Part shown: one piece after another, positions 25,652 through 38,446 of the stretch
Position numbering within the stretch: position 1 is the first letter of the stretch
How the letters are laid out: each line of letters starts with the position of its first letter
NCBI GenBank assembly: GCA_951406725.2
Contig: OX597819.1
Coordinates: 43,090,001-43,154,000 of the forward strand
Origin: Octopus vulgaris
Lineage: Eukaryota
DNA: 64,000 nucleotides
Direction: 5' to 3'
Notes under the pieces: model-generated
What the model was told of the DNA's origin: nothing
The model's input: only the letters and a program-made list of their open reading frames with translations
The model's database searches: none
Program-made: the position numbers and the translations under genes

Positions 25652-25723
25652 CTCACTTCTTTGGATATTAAGGATACTTACCTGAAAAATAAAGAATAAA
25701 ACATATATATATAGATATTAGTC
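25652..25723 (-). other. Candidate recursive splice site (AG|GT) with a 30-nt RS-exon or microexon
   Basis: Minus strand: GACTAAT(branch)...GTTTTATTCTTTATTTTTCAG|GTAAGTATCCTTAATATCCAAAGAAGTGAG|GTGAGA. Confidence 0.65.
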
Positions 25724-27819
25724 ATTACAATTAACATTATATAATAACAACAACAACAACAACAACAAAAAATCATCATAAAGAAAAAAAAAGAAACTAT
25801 AAATTGTATACTTGAGAAGCAAATACAATCAGTAAATGGTGAAGATATAGAGAAAAGAATAGAAAAGAATAAAACAGTAAAATGCTTGATCTAGTAGTTC
25901 GATAATCAATTTACAGTTTAAGTGCATAAGCTACACAAGAGAGAAAAAAAAAACCCTGGTTATACTAGAATCTATATAAAGAGGACTTAATCTATAAACA
26001 TACATAAAGAAATAACAATTGAATGATATGGTCGGAGATGTTGCTTGTGTTCAATTTCACTATGTGTGTGTAGCGGGGGCGGAAAGAGAGTGTTTTGCAG
26101 GAAATTTCTCCATTATTTCTCACTAACTGACTTAATCACAAAAATCTTAGGAAACTGAAAATGTTTTCAATTTATTCCTCCCCCACCCCACCCGCCACTA
26201 TATAATATTTTTTCTTTCTTTCTAATTTTTTTTTTTGAGATTAATTAGAAACTACTATAAAAAGAAATATATAGAATAATTGGGAACTGTAAAGCCTTAA
26301 AACGTGTGTGTATATATATATATATATGTTAATGTGTGTATATGTGTATGCATGCATGTAAGAGAATAGAAAATTACAACAGCAGACATAATATATATAT
26401 ATTGAACATTGGGGATTTGACACAGGACAGCAGTGTATTTCTGAAACAGGCAAAATGACATTCTAATCAAATATATTCTTCATATTGAATAGTTATATCT
26501 TGAGAAAATTGAACTTATTACATGTTAATAAAGCTCATAGAAATGTTCTTTTTCTTTTTGGTATTATATATATGTATATATATATTTATTTCTTGCCTTT
26601 CTTTTATTCATTCTTTTTCTTAATAATCTTCATTTTTATAATGAAAGACAAAAAAAAAAAGAAGAAAAAATAATAGGAACAAGAAGAAGAAAAAAATCCG
26701 TAGGTTGACAAATGCGGGACCCAGAGAAGTGACAATGGACTAATTGATTGTTAGTTTGAAGAGGTTGTAGCTTATAGGAGAGAAGAATAGCAAAAGGAGA
26801 GCAGCCTGGAAACAAGGGGTGGCAGGCTGTGGAGTTGATCAACACAATAATAAAAGGATTGGATTAGGGACACACTGGACATGATGCCTGAGAGTGCTGT
26901 GAGGGACAGGGAAGGGGGAGGGGGGTTAATATCCATAGACTTTACAAGAGCAGCAATTGTGGAAGTATTAACGCAATGGGGCAAATAATAGGAATGGCAC
27001 ATTCTAGGGAAATGGCTCTATTTGCACTTGATAGAATAAACCCGAGTTCCTGATAGGAGAGGCAGTTTGTTGGATACTTCTTTGAGTGTTTCTTAACAAG
27101 AGAGATTCTTAACAGATGTGTGAGATGTATTTTCTAAGATGCTTGACAACAGATTCCTATTGAATGTTTTTTGCCAAGATAATACCCCCACAAAAAAAAA
27201 AAAAAAAAAAAAAATTACAAGGGGGGGAAAAAAAACCTAAAGGAGAAAATAATTCACAAAATGTGATGCTAAGATCCTGTTTATTAGAATACTACATAAT
27301 ACTGTACATGTTCTCCAAAATGAAAGCCACTGATTTCATAGAAATTGCAAAGTTGCTCATATTACTTCTATGCCAGTTTAATATCTTTAATATTCTTTCT
27401 CAAACACCTTATTTTAAGGCCATTTGGGATTTGTTTGAAAGGGTCTGGTTAAAATAAGTTTAATCTAGAAATTATTGAATCTAGTTAGTATAAAACATGA
27501 AACCAAGTCAACATCTACGGTGCATCACTCATAATTTTATAGCTATCCACAACAAATAACTTCTATTATGCCCCTATCAGTCTTCATTTTATCCAGTTTA
27601 AGTCTTGTTTTTTTTTTGGGGGGGGGGGATGTCCTTCCTAACATGGCTTGGATGAATATGCATCGAAGCCAAATGCCCTTCCTAACATCAAACCTTACCT
27701 TCCTTGCTTTTTATTTCTATTTTTAATTCTACTCATTTCTGAAAGCATGAAAGTAATGAGACAAATCTGTTAGCAGGAGATGTTAACAAAGGTCACCATA
27801 TATAATTTTTGCCTTTTAT

Positions 27820-28000
27820 TAATCCTTTAGCATCAGATTTACTCTGTTAAATGTAAATGCTTATTTATTCCATATTGTTTTGTATTAATCATGTATTATC
27901 TCATAGCTTCGATTATTTTTAGAACAGGGTAGGTGTTAGAGGCTATGGCCAGTTTCAATGTAAAACTGGTAGAATATCAGTTTAAATGCTAAAGGGTTAA
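27820..28000. mobile_element. MITE A (piggyBac-type, TTAA ends)
   Basis: TTAATCCTTTAGCAT ... AATGCTAAAGGGTTAA inverted termini. Confidence 0.85.
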
Positions 28001-28228
28001 AACTTTCATGTAAGGATGCAGAATGTGAATATTCACAAAGATACATATAGAGATGTGCACACAAGCACACACACACATGTGTGCCATAATTTGATGTAAA
28101 GCCAAAAGGCAGAGAAAATACCAATATTACTCAGTTTTATTTCAATGGTTATTTTCCTGACAATCCATGCTGAAGTCTCAGATCACCGCTCCACTAACTA
28201 CTTTAACAACAATATTTAAACCAGATCC

Positions 28229-28275
<47 letters not shown>

Positions 28276-28630
28276 TAAATTAATACTAATTGGGATGGGA
28301 TGAAATAGAATAGAATTTAATATCTTAAAATGAAATTTATCCTTTCCCATTAAGTAAATAATGAACACTTTTGTTATTGACAGGATCAGTATATTTTTCT
28401 TTCTTTTTTCCTTCAAAAAAGAAAGTAAATAGTTGATTGAATCAACCTTTGCAGTCATTGTACTAGCACCAAGTTGAGTTGATTACTATACAAAGAAAGA
28501 AAGAAAGAAAAAAAAGCCAGATCAGGTGTGAATTGAACTCACAAACAGGGAGACAACATAGATTAGATCCAGATGGATAGATATACAACTGTTAAGGCTT
28601 TCATATATATATATATATATATATATACAT

Positions 28631-28663
<33 letters not shown>

Positions 28664-28698
28664 GATAGATAGATACACACACACACACACATACACAC

Positions 28699-28744
<46 letters not shown>

Positions 28745-30226
28745 GTATGTATATATGGTCTGTCAGTTATAATGCCAAATATTTTTACTCCAGTATTTGT
28801 AAAGTGCTGACCTCATTTTCCAATTTTTTTATATTTTTGTATTTCTCTTCCTTTCTCTGTTTTTTTCCCCCTTTTCTTTCCTTTATTGCTGTGCCATATT
28901 TTTATGTCTTGCTCATCACATACATGATTCATTTGTAGTAAAACGAAAAAATGTTGAACAGTCACTTGTACATATTTATCATACAAGTCTTAAAAAGAAA
29001 TTCTTTGTTGTATCTATAACCTACTTGAATACCTCTGAATTTCAAAACAGCAATTTTCACTAAATTTAGATAATTTCAAAATGGTGTTTGAGAAATCTCA
29101 ATTCCATTAGAAGGAAAATAAATCTCAAACAATTTATCAGTATATTATTAACCACTAAAATACCAAGTTTTTATGATTTCAATAGTAACCCCCAGAGACC
29201 CGGACCAAAACTCCATAGTCTGACAGGATCTGCTAAAGTTATGTGCGTTACCCTTGCAGGTATGGATGTGCAGTTGAAAAGTTCAATTCTTAATCAAATC
29301 ATTTCATATTCAGTCTACCTGTGTTGTACCTTGGGCATGTGTCTTTCTATTGCATCCCTGAGCTGATCAAAGACTTACAAGTAAGTTTGGGAGGCAAAAA
29401 AGAAAACAGTTGCATTCGTGTGTGTGCACATGCACGCATTTATATCTACAATAACTTCAATGAAAGTTGTGGCAGACAGTGCTGTTGTTGTCATCAGCTG
29501 ATCGCTTTATGCCTTCAAAGCCAGGTAGACCAAAATATCTCTTAACTCAAAAGATAAATAATGAGTTAGCTAGAAGGAAAGTATCCGGCTGTAAAACACT
29601 GACTTAAATAACAAACTCGTCTAATCCATGTAAGCAAGCATGGAAAAACAAGCTTATTATGAGCAAAATAAAAAGGGAAACTGGTTGGTGATAAGAAGGA
29701 CATCCAGTTATATAAACATGATATTATATAAGAAAAGAACAAGGCTAGGGTTTGGGGGGCATTTTTTCCCCCCCTGTTATTGTGTATACAAGATGGACAA
29801 AGGAGCTTTGACATGAGCTAAGATGTTGTTCTACCTATACAACCCATGCCAGTGTGGAGAATAAAAACGAGGCAAACAGCTGCTGCTACTGATGTTGATG
29901 GTATAAAGATAGACATTGGCATGTGCAATTTTTTTTTTGGTCTATAAAATTTGAGGATAGCAAAATAAAAAAAAAAATCCACCAAAAGAGCAAAAGCTCA
30001 CATACCTTGTGTCAAAAAATTGGCATGCACCCATGGTGGAGCACATATATATGCAGACACATGTACAAACAACGAACTTGGTGGCATGGGATTATCAATG
30101 GAATCCAAAAATGATTGTTCAAGGGAAAATGGAATGGAAGAAGTTCATAGAGTTTTTCTTCAAATTAAGGAAAAGAAAAGGAATGTAAGAAAAATAAAAG
30201 ACATGCATGTATGTATGTATGTATGT

Positions 30227-30260
<34 letters not shown>

Positions 30261-31408
30261 CTATGTATGTGTGTTTATAAATAAAATACTAAGCAAAAAC
30301 AATTTTTAAAAAATCAATCAAATACTTCTTGTCTGTCTGAGTCACCTTACAAAATAGCAATGATAATAATAATAATAATCCCGATGATGATGATAACAAT
30401 AATAATAATAATAATAATGAAATGTTTATAGCAGATTCATTCAGAAAACAATTCTAACGTAAAAAGTAAATTACATAATGTGTGTATGTATGCATAAATT
30501 ACATTATATATATATATATGTATATGTATATATATAATGTAATTTATGCATACATACACACATTATGTAATTTACTTTTTACGTTAGAATATATATATAT
30601 ATATGTGTGTGTGTGTATAATATTTATTTATTTGTGTAGCAGAACACACAGAACACACAGACACTTTATTTTTCTTTCTTTTGTGCCCCCCCCCCCCAAT
30701 GGTTTATCTAATATAGTTCTAGTAGAATTGAGGAAAATACAACGGCAACAATAACACAGGGATATATATATATATATATATGCTATCTTTGTTTGCCCTT
30801 CCTGCTACTCTCTTATGAACATCACTTCATTGTGCTTTCATTTACATTTTTTTTTCTTCCTCTTCTCTATGTCCATCAAAAATTAGGGGGGGGGGGGGGA
30901 ATTGCAGAGACTATACAAAAAAAAAAAACACACACTTAGAAAGGAATAGCACACAAAAACAAAAAGAGAAAAAGAAAATAGAGTTGATATTTATGCAGTT
31001 GGCGTGGATGGAGGATGCTCCAGGAAAACAGAAAGGAAATAGAAAATCTAAAACATCACCATCATATTTCCTTTACTATTTTGCAAATAAAACTTCTTTT
31101 TCTTCAATTAAAAAGTAATAGAAGCATGGTCTCATGTGCACACACGCGCACACACACACGTTTTATATTATAATATGTATTATTATTGTTATAGTGTTAT
31201 TGTCTATGTATGTAACACTTAACTATGGAACGAAATCGAAAGCATAATCTACTATAAACACAACATGAACTCAAAAGACAATAGATGGGAGAAACTGCTG
31301 AACTATTGAACAAAACAAAAACCATAATCGACAACAGACAACAACATTTATATCGTTTCAAAAGACAAAACAATTGGGTGGGAAATAAATATGTGCGTGC
31401 GTGCGTAC

Positions 31409-31449
<41 letters not shown>

Positions 31450-31454
<5 letters not shown>

Positions 31455-31671
31455 CTGAGACAAGTAAAAAAAAAAAAAAGGTATATATATATACTACCCC
31501 TAGCCAAACAAATATATATACTACCCCTAGCCAAACAAATCAACCCGATGACTTATTCTTTGTAAGCCTAGTACTTATTCCATCTTTTGCCAAACCGCTA
31601 AGTTATGGGGATGTAAACACACCAACATCAGTTGTCAAGTAATGGCGGGGGGGAAACACACACACACGTGC

Positions 31672-31702
<31 letters not shown>

Positions 31703-31712
31703 TGTATGTATG

Positions 31713-31769
<57 letters not shown>

Positions 31770-31920
31770 CTGGCTTCTTTCAGTTTCTGCCTACCAAATC
31801 CGCTCACAAGGCCTTGAGTAGCCTGACGTGATAGAAGACACTTGCCCAGGTTGCTACACAGTGGAACTGAACCCGGAAGCATGTGGTTGGGAAGCAAGCT
31901 TCTTACCACACAGCCGCTCA
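31450..31920 (-). mobile_element. SINE family 1 with expanded internal microsatellite and a 27-bp tandem duplication
   Basis: Reverse complement of family 1; ATATATATACTACCCCTAGCCAAACAA occurs twice within about 31485-31540. Confidence 0.88.
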
Positions 31921-32107
31921 TATATATATATATATATATATAAAATCAGCTATAGGATTTGTTAGAATTTAGGTATTTTATCATTCAGGACACAGCGAAA
32001 AGGGCCAAGTCCTACACATATGTAGCCATGTCATACATATACATATGTGCAACTATTCATCAATTTAAAAAAATCCTGCTGAAACAGCCGTTGTAAGCCT
32101 TTAAACT

Positions 32108-32201
<94 letters not shown>

Positions 32202-33660
32202 ACCTATGCCAGCAAGGAACAAACATGGACATTAAATAATGATGGGTGGATAGGTTTGTGTGTGCGTTATTGGCTTTTTATTTTTAGAATCCACACCACA
32301 GCTCAGTGGGATACCTACTGTATTTCACTGAATAGGACCTTTAGTTTAAGTCCAGACATTATGCACTTTCCTGATATGAATATATACATGTAGTATATAC
32401 TACACACTAAATGTGTGTTTACATACATTGAAAATTATATTAAAGTACTTTCTGCTACAATATGACAAAGATGTTCTTTCTTAAGACTGCACTTTCAATA
32501 CCACTTATGTGGGCTGGTCTTTACGGTCTTTCAAGAGACAAAGTAGTGTCTTAACAAGTGAACTCACAGAGAAAAGTGCAAATGCAAGCTACCCAATGGG
32601 TGAGAACATTCATGATGCATACATACACATACGAAAAGATATAAACACACACAGATATATACATGCATATATAAATACACACACGACTCTTACTTTCACT
32701 CCACCTAATTGTATTTTGAAGAACTACACAGGACTTACAGCCAATAACTTAGAAGGATAGTTCTGTACAGCTTTAAGTTTAGTAAAAGGCAGAAACCAAA
32801 AATCTCTGTCCTGTTTCATCAGGAGACACTGAGATTAAGGAAATGCTTTGCCCACTACAATCGGAATAAGCCACTCTTATTTTCCTCAGGGTATGTAACA
32901 GTCTTCTTCATGCTTGCCCAAAACTGCATACATTGCAACACTCTACTATGATCCTCTACAAAGAAAGCTTCATTGCCATCCTGCTGACTAATTTGGGGTT
33001 TTCTTCTGGCATTTTTTTCTAAGCCATTCGCTGATGAAGATATTCCATAAATTTCAACTGAAATTTTAATTCCACCAGAATTTCTAACCAAGAACAATTT
33101 CCATCCCTTATGCTACAGCTGCCACAAATTCAATAGCAGTTAGTAGCCAACTAATGCTGATTACACCATCATATATAAGTATAAACCTTACACACACTGC
33201 AGTAATAGTTTTATCGGCAAGTTACACAACTTGCCTTGCTTACCACTCAGAATTAAGCATCCGAATGATCAGATGCATTCAGGTCTGAGCACTGAAGAGA
33301 AGTACCCTTGTTGAAATGTGATCCTGAGGGTTCTAACTGAGCACTGTGCATGTTTAAAGAGTGTGGTGTGGTGGTGGTGGTTGTGTGTGTGTGTATTTTT
33401 CTTTTTTTTTTTTTTGATATGGGTAGTGTTTGTGGTTACTGTTGAAAGAGACAATATTGGTATAAACGCACTGGAAGACCCTTTCAAGGTCTTTGTTCAT
33501 AGAATCAGTGGAGGTTTTGTGTGTGGTATCTAGATTATATGTGAATTATTTATATATACACACACATACATAAAGTGGGGGAAGCTTAAGGAAGTACAAA
33601 TGCTTGTATCATCTATGTAAAAGAACAATATTGGGACCAAAGTCAAAAGAATGAGGGCAA

Positions 33661-33693
<33 letters not shown>

Positions 33694-33964
33694 ATGCATG
33701 CGTATGGTGATGGAAACAGGAAAAGTAGCTGTAAAGTAAAATAAAGGACCCAGGGACCAAGAATTTTAGTGCAAGGCACTTATGAAACTTTGTTGCTTTG
33801 AGTTTTATCCCTTAATAATGTGTGTGCACACACACATTACTTACATACAATTGTATACACATATATGCACACACTCAAACTCCACACACACGAATATGCA
33901 TATATATTATAGAGACACAGGCACACACACACATATATATATATACACGCATACTTGCACTTTC

Positions 33965-34009
<45 letters not shown>

Positions 34010-34522
34010 TAAAGGCCAATATACTCAGTAGTAGTTAGCAAGCTCTAAGTTGCTTTAGTCTCATTAACAGGCACTTGTAACAGTTTAGTTATTGTTTTCC
34101 GATTGCATTAAACAATGTGAACTTTGCTAAATGCTTGTGTCACTGACTCTAGTTATATTTACAATCTTACATCAACACAACACCTCAGACACACAGTTTC
34201 TCCCTCCTGTGTCTCTTTTTTCATACTCCTTGCATACTCTCCTCCTCGCTTTCTCTCTGTAATTGTGCCTATATATTCATCATATGCAATACTTACGAAG
34301 CACATACTGTTTATACTCTATCCCTACTTAACTTTCTCTCATTCTCTCTCCTGTTTTTCTTTCTCTGCTTCAACCTCAATCTTTTCTCTTCGTATGTACA
34401 CACAACCGCGCCATTATCACCAACACCACCACCACAACCATACACACGCTGTTATATATGCCCGATAAGCAAAGCACAAGTACACGCATTCTATATCTTT
34501 GTTCTAACATATATATACATAC

Positions 34523-34709
34523 ATGTATGTATGTATGTAAAATACATTTATGCATGTATGCGAGTGTATATATATATGTGTGTATTTCATATGAATATAA
34601 GAATACACAAGAACACAATGTATGTATGTATGTAAAATACATTTGTGCATGTATGTGAGTGTATATATGTGTATTTCATATGAATATAAGAATACACAAG
34701 AACACAATA
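34523..34709. repeat. Tandem duplication of an approximately 95-bp unit
   Basis: ATGTATGTAAAATACATTT...GAATATAAGAATACACAAGAACACAAT occurs twice. Confidence 0.9.
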
Positions 34710-36023
34710 TAAATACACACACACACGTGCGCGTGTGCATACATACACACACACACAAAAAAAACATACAAATGACAGAAAAAACAACCAGAGAACAGGG
34801 CATGTAAATTTGATTCACATGTCAAACAAAAAGAAAGCAACCATCACCATCACCAACAACAACATAAACAGCAGCAATGGGGAATTAAAAAACATGGACT
34901 GTAACTCTCCAGTTTGCTTACTACATTACTATATCTTGTTCTTGAATTCAAAATGCTACCCTACACTCACCCACCCCTACATTCATCCTCATCCACAACC
35001 CCTCAAACTAATTCTTTCTCTCTACGCTCTCCCCCCTCACAACCACTTTTTTTTTTTATTCCTTCATCAGTTCTCTGTCTCTGTCTGCCCCCCCTCTCTC
35101 TCTCTCTCTCTCGCTCAATAACAAAGTACTGAAAGAAGGGGGAAAACGATGACAAGATGGGTGGTGGAAGTGCAGGAGGAAAAGAGATGAGTGTCTTTGT
35201 CACATGGGGCACATCACCAGCTGTTTTGCATCTGCAAAACAGAGAGAGAGAGAGTGAGAGACAGACAGACAGACAGAGAAAGAGAGGAGACAGACAGACA
35301 GACAGACAGGAGAGGGAGATATACAGAAAATGCCAGAAAACCTTAAACCCATCTTATCTTAAAGGGGCTTCTTAACTGAAAGACAAACCCATACCTGCAC
35401 TATAAATATCTTGATGATGAGGTGATGACAAATTGGTATTATTGTCAGTGAGGCCAAAATGAAAGAAGAAAATCTCTAGCAGTCTTTTCAAATTGAATGT
35501 GTGCTAGCTGGTTTCGTATTTTCATTGTTTAGCCCCAGGTGAGTTCTAATCAAGCAGATCTTTGATTGATGGTCTTCCAACCATGACTGTGCCATCTGTA
35601 CATCCAGGACTGCATAATCAAAAAGGTTGTCATCTTTTAAGACAGTAAGGTGTGGCTTAAGGGGGAAAATTGGCTACTACTTCTAGCAGATGAAGCCAAC
35701 ATATCAAGGCTTGTGTGTGTGTGTCAGAGAGAGAAAGAGAGAGAATGTATTTCTTTTTTTCCTTAAGCTCCAAGAAGCGGTCCAATAATGACTAACTTCT
35801 CTTTATTATCCAAATATTGGACTAGTGTACATATGTGGAAGACAGGGAGAGCAAGAGAAGATAGAGAGAGAGAGACAGAGAGTGCTATTCCAGATTCCAA
35901 AACTAGCACTATACTGTACACACATACCATATTGATGTATGAATATCTACACACGTTTCAATGTGCGTGTGTGAATATATGTATGTATATACATATATAT
36001 ATTATGTGTGTGTTTGTGTGTCT

Positions 36024-36224
36024 ATCTGGCCAAAATATTCTATCTGTTCAAACTGGCCGAATCCAGCCTCTCACACCTACCCTACAATATCATTCTTAAA
36101 AATAAACATTCGCATCATCGAAATCTCAAGGCTACAAGATAAGATAGATGTATGATGAATCCCAAGCAATGCAAATAAATAAGCTTTTACATTTCACAGA
36201 ATGATATGAACGATAAAGGGTCAA
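36024..36224. mobile_element. MITE A, partial
   Basis: CCTCTCACACCTACCCTACAAT internal motif and AAAGGGTCAA end. Confidence 0.8.
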
Positions 36225-36310
36225 ACAACAGAATATATGAGATGTTTATGCTTTGAAGAAATCTGTGCCTTAACAGAGGATGAGGACCACTCAAACTACA
36301 TTGATGTTAT

Positions 36311-36700
36311 TGGCAGGAGTGGCTGTGTGGTAAGTAGCTTGCTTGCGAACCACATGGTTCCCGGTTCAGTCCCACTGTGCGACACCTTGGGCAAGTGTCT
36401 TCTACTATAGCCTCGGGCCGACCAAAGCCTTGTGAGTGGATTTGGTAGATGGAAACTGAAAGAAGCCCGTCGTATATATATGTGTGTGTGTGTGTGTGTG
36501 TTTGCCCCCCTAACATCGCTTGACAACCGATGCCAGTGTGTTTACGTCCCCGTAACTTAGCAGTTCGGCAAAAGAGATCGAAAGAATAAGTACAAGGCTT
36601 TACAAAGAATAAGTCCCGAGGTCGATTTGCTCGACTAAAGGTGGTGCTCCAGCATGGCCGCAGTCAAATGACTGAAACCAGTAAAAGTGAAAAGAGAGAA
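36311..36700 (+). mobile_element. SINE family 1, full length, young
   Basis: Intact A/B boxes, core and tail. Confidence 0.93.
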
Positions 36701-37617
36701 AGAGAAGCACCAAAGCTAATAAGGAGGTGGAGACTCCAGGGACATGATGTTGTGAAATGTACTTCAGTCGTGGCTGTTTCATGAATAAGTATCACAGTGA
36801 TTCATTGTATGCATATGGAAGTTACGTGTGTGCATGTGTGTGTGTGGGAATGTATGCCGCACCACAAATATACCCCCCCCCCCCACACACACACACACAC
36901 GCGCAATATGTACACTTAATGAAAACAGAGCTGACCTAGAAAATTGACCTAATACATATGACCCACGCACCATTTGCTTAAATAAATAAAAATGACAAAC
37001 TCTCATATTCATACTAATAATAACGAAGAAGAGTAACAACCACTTAGCTACAGACTTAAGAAAACAGAGATTATGTCTAATTGATATCGCCAATTATAGA
37101 CTATGTAAAGGTAACATCTAACACCAGGTAGGCCTATATAGCCTGTCACTCTAGAAGCTTCTGTTTGTTTATTTAGGAAGGTCCACCATTCACCACAGGC
37201 TTGCTAGACCTGTTGCAACTTTACCATATTCTTTATTTTTGCTAGCTGAGTAAACCAGAGCAGCATGAAATGAAATCTCCTGCTCAAAGAACACAACACA
37301 TCGCCTGGTCCAGGAATCGAAACCACAACCTTACTATCATGAGTGTAACACCCTAATCACTAAGCCACATGCTTCAATACACAGGCTACATTCACTCCGA
37401 AATAAAATCAATTTATGGCAAACATTTTAAACATTTCTATCACTGGTAGTGGCTTTCACATACTTAGACATTTGTAGATTCACTACAGTTACTTTTACAA
37501 AATTATCACTCATCCTCAGATACATTTTTCTTTTACAGAAAATCTCCTCCAATGGTAAATTTGTTCCATAGCACTTCTAATGCTTTTATGTTTTATTTTA
37601 AAATAAACTGTTATGTG

Positions 37618-37691
<74 letters not shown>

Positions 37692-37829
37692 CATTAATCC
37701 CTGCTAAATGATGTTCAATATGACCTGAGCAGATCCAGCTATAAGATGTGTTTATAAGAAAGCTTCAAATGTCACATTATCAGTCATTTGTAGATTGGAA
37801 GCGAGAAATCTGAGTAATGAGTCACACAG

Positions 37830-38095
37830 ACTGAAAGAAGCCCGTCGTGTGTGTGTGTGTGTGTGTGTTTGTCCCCCTAACATCGCTTGACAACCGATGC
37901 TGGTATGTTTACGTCCCCGTAACTTAGCGGTTCAGCAAAAGAGAACGATAGAATAAGTACTGGGCTTACAAAGAATAAGTCCTGGGGTCGATTTGCTCGG
38001 CTAAAGGCGGTGCTCCAGCATGGCCACAGTCAAATGACTGAAACAAGTAAAAGAGAAAAGAGAGAAAGAGAAACACCAAAGCTAATAAGGAGGTG
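37830..38095 (+). mobile_element. 5'-truncated SINE family 1 sharing its 3' flank with the 36311 copy
   Basis: Both copies are followed by CACCAAAGCTAATAAGGAGGTG. Confidence 0.9.
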
Positions 38096-38446
38096 TGTAC
38101 GCATGTGTATATTTTGTGTTTATACGAGAGAGAAATCTTTAAATCAAAGGCTGAGTAAACCACTGGCCACATTATGGCTGTCAGTTTCTTCACATTTCCA
38201 TTACTTCATCAAAACACATTATTACACCACTTTGTTGGAATGAATGTTAAGATAACATGAACAGCAACAAGGTGTGCTAATTACCTGATGAACCGATGGA
38301 TGGTGAAACTGGCAGACGGAATGTATAATGGATGGCGGATCTATCTTTTGAATAAAAAATATTTGACTCTATATCTTTGTACTGAGTTTTCCGTTATTCA
38401 AAATTACTTTACCTCATATTCATGTGTGTGTGTGTGTGCATGCATG

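Noticed and set aside
33265-33342. Possible C/D snoRNA (ATGATCA...CTGA)
   Set aside because: Box C is not RTGATGA and there is no terminal stem.
36311-36380. tRNA-like A/B boxes
   Set aside because: These are SINE heads with no complete cloverleaf, so no true tRNA gene was found.
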